Notes: generated from the sequence alone by a model not told the origin. Shown: positions 28,532-42,811, counted from the first letter of the stretch. The stretch is 64,000 bases of DNA from Eledone cirrhosa (GCA_964016885.1 OZ024745.1:59210001-59274000), one strand, 5' to 3'. Numbers and translations are program-made.

Positions 28532-29238
28532 CTTTTATAGGCACAGCAATAACAGAGTTGTAAATGAACTACTTAAGAGTTGGCCGTTGGGTTTGGAGGA
28601 ACATACCTTGGAAGCTTGTTCCATTTACCTACTTAGCTCTGATGGACGAATCACCTTTGTTGCCAAAAGTTGTTAGTAAAGAATTGGCGGAGTTCCGACC
28701 ACTTGAAATGCCAAGGTTTCTGAAAAGGAGAGGTTATAATTTAATAATATCAAATTTGTTGTATAATAAAACATAAAGAAGAAATTCTAACACTTCCATA
28801 TTTAGAACTGTGTTATATTTAAAACTGAAAATCACCTTCAATTCGCTTTTTCTATTTACTGTCCGTTTCATTCGATTTTGTATATACTGCCTTGTACTTT
28901 TTCCCAATAATATTGATTATTCTTTGTTTAGTGTATCAGAATATCAAATAACTAGTGGTTCATTTTTTATTGTTTAACCGTGCGTGTTATCGAGTGCATG
29001 ACCTTTTGTCAGACCGGCTGGTTTGTATTCTTATCGATTAAACTGAATAAACTGGGGGAAATAGAGAAATCAAGTACTTGATTTATGATTGTATTTTGTT
29101 AGCCCAACCAATATTTTCACAATTCCCATACATTCTAGATACTTCTACTACAGTCGTTACCTGCAATCGAGTATGACTTGGAAGTGTTTACCATGTTTTC
29201 ACTAAGGGGTTTTAAGTATCTATATAGTCGCGAGGAAA

Positions 29239-29540
29239 GGCGGCGAATTGTCAGAGTCGTTAGAACGTCGGATAAAATGCTTTATGACATTATTTCCAGC
29301 TCTCTGCTCTCTCAGTTCAAATCCCACCAAGGTCGATAAAAAAAGTACCAGTCTAGTACTGGGTCGATTCTCTCTCTATATCTCTTTCTAATTTCCCCTC
29401 TCTCACTTTATTTCTTTCTCTGGAAGAAATCTGCTGTACTCAGGCTTGGCGAGGGATGGGCTCCGCCAGGCTTAAAATGCCCAAGAAACGCCGCCTGTCA
29501 ATACGGCGCTTCTACGACTCTATCAGGAGTTACGGGACCA
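29239..29540 (+). mobile_element. SINE family 1 variant with a 3' extension (also 47006-47335; extension fragments ~6880-6980 and ~53180-53250)
   Basis: Head and core followed by the shared block GGGCTCCGCCAGGCTTAAAATGCCCAAG...GGAGTTACGGGACC. Confidence 0.75.
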
Positions 29541-30468
29541 TGCCATAGTCACGAGCAGATATAGACACCCTCTCGTCACGCCCTCCTTTGGTCTAGTGGA
29601 ACATCTAAGATGTGACAGTTGAAAGGAAAGAGGAATGTGCAAGCACTGGACTGGTACTTTATTTTTATTGTCCCCGAAAGGATAAACGGTAAAGTGAACC
29701 ATGGTGGGATTTGAACTCAGAGGCATTGAACAAATATCCACTGCTCTAACGACCCTGATAAATCAACTGCCAACGTCCTAGATACATTGACTACACTCCA
29801 CCCCACCGTGAATTATGAAGGGAATTCATTTGAATATGGATTTATTTAATCACCACTAAACTGAAGCCAAACAACAATAAAAATTATTTCCGTGCAAGGT
29901 TTTTCATTTTTTTCCAATGCTGATTGGAAGGATTGGAGATAAACAATACGACTTTTGAAATCACCACATTTTTTATGATTCTAGCATTGATTTGACTTTG
30001 TTAAATTCCTCATATGTTCGTTATCAATTACTCATGGAATGTTATTTTTTTATACACACATGGACAAGCAGAGATATAGAAGGAAAATCTTTAAAAATTA
30101 TTCTTTTAAGAATTAGCTGAGTAGCCCATCGTTGCCGAGCAATTTTCTCCATAACCATAAAATACATTTTTTCCAATTTTTTTTATTCCATGCCAGACCA
30201 TGTCTCTCCATCTCATCTCCTGCTCCTTATTCCCCGTGGCGTATCAGTGGCTTCTTGTGTACTTCAACGTGAGCGTTTTCACGTAAACATCGGGTAACCT
30301 CTGTGAGGACAATACTCTGCCTCATTGAGAAAACAATGTTTCCTGCTGACGGCCAGGATGGACGAAATAATAAGGGCACATTGAAGGGATGCAGGAGATC
30401 AATAAAAGCCAGATTACTTCAATTGTCACAGTAACGTGGATTGATGATGATCTTTTCTTTTTTTTTTT

Positions 30469-30560
<92 letters not shown>

Positions 30561-30683
30561 GGGGTAGATTAAGAAACTCCTTGTACTGAAAAACCTTCTC
30601 CTTGGGACGTAGATTTCGAAAATCAAATCCGTTTATCACTAGGGCGCACTGTTTTAGAGCCTTTCGGGGACATACATACACCG

Positions 30684-30771
<88 letters not shown>

Positions 30772-31154
30772 ATGTGTGTGTTTGTACGAGTTTGTGTATT
30801 CGCGCGTGTATGCATGTGTATGTGTTGGTTTGTGTGCGCGCTAGAATGTGTGTGTATGCGAAAAGCAGTTAAGACAAAAATACACATACATACTCACAGA
30901 TATCACCCTCTTCACAAGACCCCCCCCCCCCACTCTCGACATAATTCATTACTGTGTACCCCCCCCCCACACACACTTTACAGTTAGCTATAATAATGTT
31001 TTCTCCTCGCGTACTGATTTAGTCATTCTCATGCACACACACACACACACGCATATTTATATATGTATATATATATATATATATATATGCGTACACATGT
31101 ACACACACTCACACATACATATGTATATATATGTACACACGTACACACACACAC

Positions 31155-31232
<78 letters not shown>

Positions 31233-31235
31233 GTG

Positions 31236-31326
<91 letters not shown>

Positions 31327-31359
31327 GTGTATATATATATATATATGTGTATATATATA

Positions 31360-31390
<31 letters not shown>

Positions 31391-31449
31391 GTGTATATAT
31401 ATATATATATATGTGTATATATATATATATATGTGTATATATATATATA

Positions 31450-31515
<66 letters not shown>

Positions 31516-32559
31516 CGTACATACATGCATCTGATTTCGTAAAATCAAATAAACAACATGACCTAGATTTATACACATATACACAAATATACATACATGC
31601 ATAAACACATACACACACACACACACATACATACATACATACATACATACAATTCCACATACAATACACTTCAATAAACAACCTGACCTAATTTTATATG
31701 GAGATACACACACACACACACACACACACAGGCTCTCACCTACTTCAACTTACACATACACAAACATACGCTCATACATATAGACATTTCCTTCACACAA
31801 GGAAGCATACACCCAACACACACACACACGCGCGCGCGCACAACATATAATATACAATAAACAATCTGACCTAGTTTTATACACACATAAGTGCACTCTT
31901 ACAAACATATACACACATCTCATTTATATTTTTATCTTTAGTTTTCTCTTCCCTTATTTTATTATTTCTATCCTTTTTACTACTCTCTCTCTCTCTCCTC
32001 ACTCTCCCTCTCTCACTTTTTCTTTCTCCCTCTCTCTCTCCCTCACACTCTCTCTCTTTCTCCCACTCCCCTCTCTCTTCTCTCTCTCTCTATATATATA
32101 TGAATATGAAAACATGGCGGGCTGCGTGGTTGCAAATGGGTTACATATGAGTTACATATGAATAAATTTTGTCCTTCATCAGTGATCTTCCAGCCTTCAT
32201 TGGTATTTCATCGCTTTAAAGACCATATACCTCTGGTTGGTGCGAGCAACGGCCAAAGAAAGTCGTTGGGACACGTAAATAGGGGGAACGAGCGAGGCAG
32301 TAAACAAACAAAGATGGTAATGCAACGAAAAGTGAGGAAGAAGGAGTCAAGTCCCTGAAATCGATGAACATAAGTTCTGTGAAATCGTAGACGAGAGAGA
32401 ATAAAGACCATCCGACCTGGTCGAAGTGTGAGTGAGGAAAGAATCTCGCACAGGTCAAACGGGAGGAAGTAGGAGAGGGAGTAGCAGTGAGTGAGTGAAA
32501 GTGTGAGGAAGAGTCTATGTAAAATTATGTCTCATTTTAAAGCTTATTTTATGCTTAAT

Positions 32560-33194
32560 TGTGACTGGCATTCAGCTAGACAGCGACAACTTGCCCATTG
32601 ATCTTTCCCCGAGGCTCGGGCCCCGCGCCTGTGAACCTCACAAATGCAGCTGTAGTACCACTGTGGATCTGTTCAGTCTCCACCCACTGTCATGTCGTTA
32701 CAGTGCTGGTCACCTCCAATGCCACGCTGCTCTCAGAGAGTCCATTTAAGCATTGACTGGGCGGCGCAGGCTTCCCTTCTCAGCTTGAGTTAGCGGGACT
32801 GGACAGAGGGGACGGCAAAAGGCCAGCCGGCATAACACTCTTCCCGTTTCACGGGGCTAAGGCCCTCATCTGGGATGCCACATGCTATGACACCTTCTCT
32901 AGTGACAACATGGTGCGTTCGGCTACCACCCCAGGCTCTGCTGCCCGCCAAGCCGAAGAGGATAAACTGTCAAAGTATCGGCCGCTCTCAGATAGGTTTG
33001 TGGTAGAGCCTGTAGCAGTGGAAACGGCTGGTGTTCTTGGCTCCTGGACCACACCCCTACTCACTGCTATCGGAGCGGAGTTGGCTGCCTGTAGGTGCGA
33101 GCCCCGCAAGATGGAGTGGCTGTTCCAGCGCGTCTCCCTTACCTTCCTCCGGAGCAATGTATTCTCCATCCTATCGGCCGGAACGCAGGGGTAA
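32560..33194 (+). pseudogene. CRE-like non-LTR retrotransposon 3' end (Zn knuckle plus restriction-like endonuclease)
   Basis: CSC..VD...LHPLSC....H, GLDRGDGKRP(D>A)GITLFP, WDATC.DT, AARQAEEDKLSKY, PVAVETAGVLG, WLFQRVSL...RSN. Frameshifted. Confidence 0.8.
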
Positions 33195-33299
33195 GTTAGT
33201 TGGAGGTGGAGGGTATTCGTTCGGACATCACTATCTCTCTATTTCTTTTTAAAAAATGTTATACGACTCAAAACAAAACAAAGTTAGACATTCTATGCT

Positions 33300-33686
33300 C
33301 TTTATTTCCATATAAGGAAGTGTTAATGAAGGCACGGTGCCACGGTAGTTTCAAACATTCCGCTATGGTGAGTCTACTTTTGATGATAAGGAAAGTAGAG
33401 GACTTCAATCTGATATAGACATTGATAACTTGAAGTCTTTGGTGGAAGCAAATTCTCGCATAACAAAATGTTCGATAGTTTGTGGGGGAGCTAGATGTAG
33501 GCATTAGAACAGTTTCAGAACATTTAAACCGAATTAAAAGTCAAAGAAGCTTTTTAAATGGGTGCCACATTAATTGAACGAAAACAAGAAAACAACCGTC
33601 TTTATGAAGTTTGCTCTTCGTTTGTTTTGTGCAACAAAAAACAACATTTTTCTTGATTGTATTGTTAGGTGCGATGAAAAATGGGT
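33300..33686 (+). pseudogene. Mariner transposase relic
   Basis: KWVPH*LNEN at ~33557 (WVPHEL motif) and DCIVRCDEKW at ~33655; stops and frameshifts. Confidence 0.8.
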
Positions 33687-33801
33687 AAACATCGTAATAG
33701 GAAAAGGTCATGAGAGAAAGAGAGGGGGTGAGTAAGAGAGAGAGAGAGAGAGTGAGATTGGGTAAAAGAGAAAAAGAGAAAAAGAGAAATAGAGAGATTG
33801 A

Positions 33802-33872
<71 letters not shown>

Positions 33873-34307
33873 ATAATAAAAAAAGATGTGCGAGTGGTGG
33901 GTAGAGAAGAAGGGAAATTGTAAAGGGTTGAGAAAGAATGGAAGTGATGTTTCTGAAGAGAAAGAGAAATATAGAGAGAATGAGAAATATAGAGAGAATG
34001 AGAAATATAGAGAGAATGAGTCTAACCCATGCTAGCGTGGAAGATGGACGTTAAACGAAGATGATGATGAGTGTAATGGTGTGAGAAAAGTTGAGAGAAA
34101 GTTAAGTAGAGTCATTAATAGAGAAGGAGGGGGGAGAGGTAATTATTAGATTGTTCAGAAATTTACGTAGGTTTTAGGGTTTGGTTTGCTTCAACAATTT
34201 TTTTTTTAAAAGATTCATTTATTTAGCCGTCACTCTCATTGTTGACCAAAGTGTTCTCACACCCACTCACATATGTCTTGTTGAACTATGTCTCACTATG
34301 TCAAGTC

Positions 34308-34376
34308 AGCATCAACATCATCGTCATCGATGTTGTCATCATAGCCGTCGTCATCATCATCATCATCAACATCTTT

Positions 34377-34407
<31 letters not shown>

Positions 34408-34451
34408 TCTTCATCATCATCATCATCATCATCATCAATATCTTTATCATC

Positions 34452-34500
<49 letters not shown>

Positions 34501-34732
34501 TCTTCATCATCATCATCATCATCAATATCTTTATCATCATCATCATCATCAAAATCTTCATCATCATCATCATCATCATCATCAAAATCTTCATCATCAT
34601 TATCAACATCTTTATCATCATCATCATCATCATCATCAACATCTTCATCATCATCATCATCATCAATATCTTCATCGTCTTCGCCCTCATCGTCATTGCT
34701 ATAATCGCTATCGTCATAGTCGTCGTCATCGC

Positions 34733-34769
<37 letters not shown>

Positions 34770-36110
34770 GTCATAAAACATCTTCATCATCACCACCACC
34801 ACCACCACCCAACCACCACCAACACTATCGCCACCAACATCATCATCATCACCACCACCCTAATCACTACCAACACTACCAACACCACCACCACTACCAA
34901 CACCATCATCATCATCATCACCACCACCCTAATCACTACCAACACTACCAACACCACCACCACTACCAACACCATCATCATCATCATCACCACCACCCTA
35001 ATAACCACCAACACTACCAACACCACCACCACTACCACCACCATCATCATCATCACCACCACCTTAACCACCACCACCACTACCAACAACACCACCACTA
35101 CCAACACCATCATCATCATCACCACCACCCTAATAACCACCAACACTACCAACACCACCACCACTACCAACAACACCACCACTACCAACACCATCATCAT
35201 CATCACCACCACCTTAACCACCACCAACACTACCAACACCACCACCACTACCAACACCACCACCACTACCACCACCATCATCATCATCACCACCACCCTA
35301 ACCTCACCAACACTACCAACACCACCACCACTACCAACACCACCACCACTACCACCATCATCATCATCACCACCACCTTAATCACCACCAACACTACCAA
35401 CACCACCACCACTACCACCACCATCATCATCATCACCACCACCCTAATCACCACCAACACTACTAACACCACCACCACTACCACTACAATCATCACCACC
35501 ACCGCCACCACTGCCACCACCATCATCATCATTACCACAGCCCTAACCACCACCACCACTTCTACCACTTCCACCACCATCATCATCATCATCACCACCA
35601 CCTTAACCACCACCACCACTACCAACACCACCACCACTACCAACATCATCATCATCATCATCACCACCACCCTAATAACCACCACCACTACCAACACCAT
35701 CACCATTAACACTATCATCATCATCATCACCACCACGCTAACCACCACCAACACTACCACCACCACCACCACTACCAACACCATCATCATCACCACCACC
35801 CTAATAACCACAAACACTACCAACACCACCACCACTACCAACAACACCACCACTACCAACACCATCATCATCATCACCACCACCCTAATAACCACCAACA
35901 CTACCAACACCACCACCACTACCAACAACACCACCACTACCAACACCATCATCATCATCACCACCACCTTAACCACCACCAACACTACCAACACCACCAC
36001 CACTACCAACACCATCATCACCACCACCACCCTAACCACCACAAACACTACCAACACCACCACCACTACCACCACCATCACCACCACCACCATCATCATC
36101 ATCATCAATC
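34308..36110. repeat. (CAT/CAC)n compound microsatellite with higher-order units
   Basis: Direct inspection; source of the poly-His/Thr ORFs. Confidence 0.95.
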
Positions 36111-36611
36111 ATTTGTCATCGCTGTCGTCACCATTATCAGAATTATTTCAGAAGTGAAAGAGAGGAGGGAGAGAGAGAGAGAGCGATGGTAAGAGAGCTA
36201 GGTTAATGGATAAGAGAGGAAAAGGAAGTTGATAAAAAAAATAACGAAAGTGAGGCTGAAATGAAAACGTGACTTCAATAGCCCCCACCCACCCACCCCC
36301 TCCCCGCTCCTCCTTCTCTCTATATTTCAATATGACATGACCGGATGTGATTAACGGTAATAATTAAGTAGAGATATTGGTGATCATTACGCAGGGACGG
36401 TGGAACTGGGGGCAGGGGGACCATGCCACCCCAATAATTATATTTTTCTCCCCAAACTACCAAAACACACATCTATTTGTATATGCACTACAATTTATGT
36501 ACATGTTATGTTTATCCCATATCGAAGTTATCCAATTCAGAAATGCTTTCACCACCTCTGTTACGTGAATAATTATTTTATCTCTCGAATTAATACACAC
36601 ACACACACACA

Positions 36612-36654
<43 letters not shown>

Positions 36655-36667
36655 ACACCCACAGTCA

Positions 36668-36725
<58 letters not shown>

Positions 36726-36994
36726 AACACACACACAAGCACACATATACACACACATACACACATATATATACACATATACACATATTAACTGTTTGAC
36801 TTAACTCTGCACTACAGGCGGCTTCAAGAGAGAAACACTTCTAAATCAACAGGCGCATTTGATGATTGAGGCGTGTGTTTCGTTTTGAAACCGATGGTTG
36901 AGCAGAGTTAAGTTAAGCTAATAAAAATACTCGATTTCCACATGAATTCATTTCCTTCCGTTTGTACCTACAACTATGTGTTTGTATTTGTGTG

Positions 36995-37045
<51 letters not shown>

Positions 37046-37317
37046 GTATGTATTATTAATGTTTTAAGGTTTTGTCTCACCCTTTATTTTTATTTTTTAT
37101 TTGAATTTGGCAAAGCCGACAATTTATCGCTCGTATACAGGAAATTGACTGGTCAGTCCGCTGATATGCAAATCTGGCTGATCAGTGGATCTGCTAATAT
37201 GCAGATCTGACTGATCAGCCAGTCTGCTAGTATGTAAATCAGGCCGATCAGTCACTGTGTATTTTTGAAAATAGCATATATTTTTACTAGCTCTGGAAGT
37301 TTGGCAGGTGAACAGTG

Positions 37318-37365
37318 AGCTGTACTGATGAAGGGTGATACCCAGAAACATTAGTGTCTGCAGTT
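37318..37365 (+). ncRNA. Type I hammerhead ribozyme in a tandem unit
   Basis: AGCTGTA CTGATGA AGGGT-GAT-ACCCA GAAA CATTAGTG TC^TGCAGTT. One A.A mismatch at the base of stem II. Confidence 0.8.
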
Positions 37366-37774
37366 CTGTTCAGATGCCAACACAAGAGCAAGAATGAAGG
37401 GTTCATTCTACTGACATGGCTATAAAATTGAGGCTTGATTGTATAATTGCAAACGAATCGAATGTTATTATTAATATTCGAAAAACTCAGATTACATTTA
37501 TTGTATTCAGCCATGTAGAGCGAAAATTTTCTCTTTTATTTGAATTTGGCAAAGCCGACAATTTATCGCACGTGTACAGGAAACTGACTGGTCAGTCCGC
37601 TGATATGCAAATCTGGCTGATCAGTGGATCTGCTAATATGCAGATCTGACTGAACAGCCAGTCTGGTAATATGCAAATCAGGTCGATCAGTCACTGTGTA
37701 ATTTTGAAAGTAGCATATATTTTCACTAGCTCTGACAGTTTGGCAGGTGAACAAGGATCTGTACTGACTAAGGG

Positions 37775-37962
37775 GAGGTGGATTGGCAGTATCGGTAGAG
37801 GGTCGGACACCATGCTTTGACGCATAGAGTTACGGCCCTTGCCATTCTGAGTTCAAATCGTGCCGAGGTTAACTTTGCCTTTCATCCTTACGGGGTCGAT
37901 GAAATAAAGTACCAGTAATGCACTGGGTAATTGCTGGCCTTGTGCCAAAAGTAGAAACAATT
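37775..37962 (+). mobile_element. SINE family 1
   Basis: Full-length copy inside the HHR tandem unit. Confidence 0.85.
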
Positions 37963-38367
37963 ATTAATATTCGAAAAACTCAGATTACATTTTTACATAT
38001 ATACATATATACATACATATATATATATATGTATATGTGTGTGTGTATGTGTGTGTATATATATCCGAAAATGTATGCTTGCAAAATATGTATTATTAAG
38101 AAAATTGTAAGGGAAACAAGATCGGGTAGGGATGCAAAGCTGTAGCCATGTTACCTTTTGTCTATTCAAATTTAACAAGCAAAAATTCGGCAAGCTCTAG
38201 TTAAATTAGTTAGTGCACTAGAGACTAATAGGAAAGACGCAACACTATTTCCGTTAATTTGAAATGCATTTTTTATTACAACCATTCCTAATTCCGATCT
38301 GTGTAAAATAAGTGAAAGTAAAAAATCCTATAAAACTGAAAGCGATGCAATGGATATGATATAAATA

Positions 38368-38476
38368 CTGAGTGCCCCGCCGCAAAAAAAAATGTATACA
38401 CATTTTGATTACCTGAACAGGCAATATTTATTAGAATGCTGTTGGAGTGTGTATACATTTTTGGGGGGACACCCTG
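38368..38476. mobile_element. Tc1/mariner-type mini-MITE (CAGGGTGTCC ends, TA flanks); also ~20545-20634, ~38765-38863 and ~53818-53887
   Basis: Shared core TAAATATTGCCTGTACAGGTAATCAAAGTGTG and GGACACCCTG-TA ends. Confidence 0.7.
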
Positions 38477-38700
38477 TATATTAGGATAGCGAAGCAATAG
38501 GTGTGATATAAACATTTGAGTGTAAAATAAATAAAAATACGATATGATAAAGCAAAGTTATATTCTTTGAAGAATAGTCAATTATAAGGATTCAGGACAT
38601 TCTTTATTTATAATTGGTCATACACGAATCTGTTAGACCGAGTTAATGTATATATAAATAAATATATATCTGTGTGTGTGCATAAATATATATATATGTA

Positions 38701-38755
<55 letters not shown>

Positions 38756-39000
38756 ATGTGTGTGTTGTCCAAAAAATATATGTATATACACTTCAACAGC
38801 ATTTTAATAAATATTGTCTGTACCGGTAATTAAAGTGTGTATACATTTTTTGAGGACACCCTGTATGTATATAGAGATATATCTTATAAAATAAATCACA
38901 GAAGGGTAGATCCCAGTAAAGTACTCAAAAGAACACCTCACAGGCATCATTGCCTAGGGATATACTCATACTTGAAGCAACCTAAATGTAGGAAGCCAGA

Positions 39001-39042
<42 letters not shown>

Positions 39043-39082
39043 ATATATTAATAAATGGAAACTATATTTATAAAACCATATC

Positions 39083-39148
39083 TATTTTATTATATATATT
39101 TCAAGGGCAACCAAGGCAAATTATGGTGCGCTTTCATCAGATAAAATA
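39083..39148 (-). ncRNA. Type I hammerhead ribozyme (left arm of fold-back)
   Basis: Reverse complement of 39386-39451. Confidence 0.75.
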
Positions 39149-39385
39149 CAGATTTGTTTTATAAATAAGTATTGATATACCCGGAAAAAAAGACAACCTT
39201 AACGGTTAGAGCTTCCTGGATAGTGGAGATAGTAGATTTATTGAGGGTAATACAAAGTTATGAGTGAGTATGCAAATGAGTGCATACTCACTCATAACTT
39301 TGTATCTCCACTATCCAGGAAGCTCTAACCGTTAAGGTTGTCTTTTTTTCCGGGTATATCAATATTTATTTATAAAACAAATCTG

Positions 39386-39451
39386 TATTTTATCTGATGA
39401 AAGCGCACCATAATTTGCCTTGGTTGCCCTTGAAATATATATAATAAAATA
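39386..39451 (+). ncRNA. Type I hammerhead ribozyme (right arm of fold-back)
   Basis: TATTTTAT CTGATGA AAGCGCA..TGCCCTT GAAA TATATA TA^ATAAAATA. 8-bp stem I. Confidence 0.75.
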
Positions 39452-39582
39452 AATATGGTTTTATAAATATAGTTTCCATTTATTAATATATTGTATATTT
39501 ACTCCACTAACTTGTTGAGTGCTTTATATCAGTTATAAAAAATGTTAAGCTTGTTGAATCCCAACAAATTAAATATAACCTC

Positions 39583-39662
<80 letters not shown>

Positions 39663-39935
39663 CACGAATGACTAGGATTTTGCACCTACAAAGTTTTCTT
39701 CGAGGAACAATCCTGGGCAAGGTTTGTTTGTGGAAGACCAGCAGTCGCCCATGTATACCAGTCTCCCCTTCCCACGCCACCAATGTTGTCCAAAGGCAAT
39801 GGCCATTACAGCTTGGCACCAGTAACGTCGCAACTCATTTCTAAGTCAATGTGAAATAAAGTGTTTTGCTCAAGAACACAACGCACCACGATTGCAAGCC
39901 CGACACTCTAAGCACTAAGCCACACCGCCTTCACA

Positions 39936-40021
<86 letters not shown>

Positions 40022-40136
40022 CTGAGAGAGAGAGAGAGAGGAAGAGAGTAGGTAAGTAGGTAGATAGATATAGATATGTTTCTATGTATATATATATATA
40101 TATTTATATATTTATATATATATAGTTATATATATA

Positions 40137-40182
<46 letters not shown>

Positions 40183-40186
<4 letters not shown>

Positions 40187-40375
40187 AAAAAGTATGACCC
40201 CGACGGCAGAGCTCAAGCCGTTTCGACGGCTATTTCTGAGTCCAGAAATAGCCGTTGAAACGGCTTGAGCTCTGCCGTCGGGGTCATACTTTTTCCTATT
40301 TCCCACTCTACTACCCTAAGTATTGAGTACTCTAGTGCGTTATGGTCCATCTGGTTCCTTACCACAATTCCTTTG

Positions 40376-40377
<2 letters not shown>
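40183..40377. mobile_element. Small fold-back element in (TA)n, same family
   Basis: Palindrome ~40183-40298 plus tail to 40377; TA tracts on both sides. Confidence 0.85.
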
Positions 40378-40422
<45 letters not shown>

Positions 40423-40458
40423 AACATCATATATACAAATATAATATATACATACATA

Positions 40459-41054
40459 CATGGTGGCTGCCAACTCGTTTTCGAGTATGGCCACTACTTT
40501 ATATCCATGTAGCAGAACCCCTACCGATGCGCTGAACGAGTGTGACTTTTTAGTCCAGCCAGTGACTTGAAAACTCTGGTACAAACACTACACTTGTGAC
40601 AATTATTGACACATAGTGCTGGGCCCATGGTACCATGTGACGACAAGTGCAGAGAGATCTCCAGATATAAAGTAATGCCTGTGCCGTGAAGCTTTTATAG
40701 TGAGCAAAGGCACTGCACAAAGCCAGTCCCACTCTCTTAACCAAGATGATATTTACCAAAAAGAAGAACAAGTCAACATCATTGGATACCATCAGAGTTG
40801 CAGGTGTTATATCAGAGTTTTCCTACTCCTAGAATTCTAGGAGTCATCTCTCCCGGTCATTTTGGATGGCCATTGACTCTTAAGAGCTCCTTTGCTCTTT
40901 GACAGGTATTGTTTTTAGTCCTACAGGATGTCCAAAGTCACCCTCCACACCAAGAAACCTTGGTGGGGTTGTCAGTTTAGTCGCCAACCACCCGACCATG
41001 AGACAGGTTGTACTGGGATACATGTTACCAGTAGCACAAACTGGTGACCTGACA
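40459..41054 (-). mobile_element. Non-autonomous RTE-like LINE derivative
   Basis: Reverse complement of 41140-41746 and 50385-50978; (ATGT)n tail. Confidence 0.75.
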
Positions 41055-41139
41055 TACATACTTACATATATATACATACATACATATATATACATACATA
41101 TATACATATATATATATATACACATACATATTATGGTCA

Positions 41140-41746
41140 TGTCACCAGTTTGTGCTACTGTTAACATGTATCCCAGTACAGCCTGTCTCATGGTCGGGTC
41201 GTTGGCGACTAAACTGGCAACCCCACCAAGGTTTCTTGGTGAGGAGGGTGACTTTGGACATCCTGCAGGACTAAAAACAAAACCTGTCAAAGGACAAAGG
41301 AGCTCTTAAGAGTCAATGGCCATCCAAAATCACTGGGAGAGATGACCCCTTAGCCTTTGTCAAGGCAGATTTCTAGGAGAAGGAAAACTCTGATATAACA
41401 CCTGCAACCCTGATGGTATCCAATGATGTTGACTTGTTCTTCTTTTTGGTAAATATCATCTTGGTTAAGAGAGTGGGACTGGCTTTGTGCAGTGCCTTTG
41501 CTCACTATAAAAGCTTCACAGCACAGGCATTGCTTTGTATCTGGACATCTCTCTGCCTCTTGTCGTCACATGGTACCAAAGGCAAAGCACTATGTGTCAA
41601 TAATTGTCACAAGTGTAGTGTTTGTACCAGAGTTTTCAAGTCGCTGGCTGGACTAAAAAGTCACACTCGTTCAGCGCATCGGTAGGGGTTCTCCTACATG
41701 GATATAAAGTAGTGGCCGTACTCGAAAACGAGTTGGCAGCCACCAT
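41140..41746 (+). mobile_element. Non-autonomous RTE-like LINE derivative
   Basis: Leader with CTAGGAGAAGGAAAACTCTGA. Terminal C2H2 finger [22 protein letters not shown] resembles RTE/BovB ORF ends. Short-repeat (ATGT) tail. Confidence 0.75.
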
Positions 41747-41823
41747 ATATGTATGTATATATATATATATGTATGTATGTATATATATATGTATGTATGT
41801 ATGTATATATATATATATGTATG

Positions 41824-41878
<55 letters not shown>

Positions 41879-42139
41879 ATATATATATGTATGTGTATAT
41901 ATATATGTATGTGTATATATATATGTATGTGTATATATATATGTATGTATATATATATATGTATGTATATGTGTATATATATATATATATTTATATATGT
42001 ATGAATATATATATGTATGTATATATGTATATATATGTGTGTATGTATATATATATATATATATGTGTATGTATATATATATATATATATGTGTATGTAT
42101 ATATATATATATGTGTATGTATATATATATATATGTATG

Positions 42140-42170
<31 letters not shown>

Positions 42171-42413
42171 GTATGTATATATATATATATGTATGTATAT
42201 ATATGTGTATGTGTGTGTATATATATATGTATGTATATATATATGTATGTATATATATATGTATATATATATATGTATGTATGTATATATATATATGTAT
42301 ATATATATATGTATGTATGTATGTATATATATATATGTATGTATATATATATATGTATGTATATATATATATGTATGTATATGTATATATGTATGTATAT
42401 ATATATGTGTATG

Positions 42414-42480
<67 letters not shown>

Positions 42481-42530
42481 GTATATATATATATGTATGT
42501 ATGTATATATATATGTATGTATATATATGC

Positions 42531-42568
<38 letters not shown>

Positions 42569-42721
42569 GTATGTGTATATATATATGTATGTGTATATAT
42601 ATATGTATGTATATATATATATGTATGTATATATATATGTATATATGTATATATGTGTGTGTATGTATGTGTGTATATATATATGTATGTATATGTATAT
42701 GTATGTATATATATATGTATG

Positions 42722-42756
<35 letters not shown>

Positions 42757-42811
42757 GTGTATGTATGTATATGTGTATATATATATGTATGTATATATAT
42801 ATGTATGTATC

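Larger units (their letters stand above)
37098..37992 (+). mobile_element. ~440-bp tandem HHR-bearing repeat (retrozyme-like or PLE pseudo-LTR); second unit interrupted by a SINE
   Basis: TTATTTGAATTTGGCAAAGCCGACAATTTATCGC at ~37098 and ~37537. TTATTAATATTCGAAAAACTCAGATTACATTT at ~37468 and ~37961. Internal ~27-nt subrepeats. Confidence 0.75.
39038..39586. mobile_element. Fold-back palindromic element between (TA)n tracts, with a one-sided ~90-bp tail
   Basis: ~39039-39275 pairs with ~39281-39494 (one indel). The tail 39495-39586 is homologous to 54075-54160. Confidence 0.85.

Noticed and set aside
34181-36157. 658-aa His/Thr-rich ORF, and the many IY/VC-repeat ORFs elsewhere
   Set aside because: Microsatellite translations.
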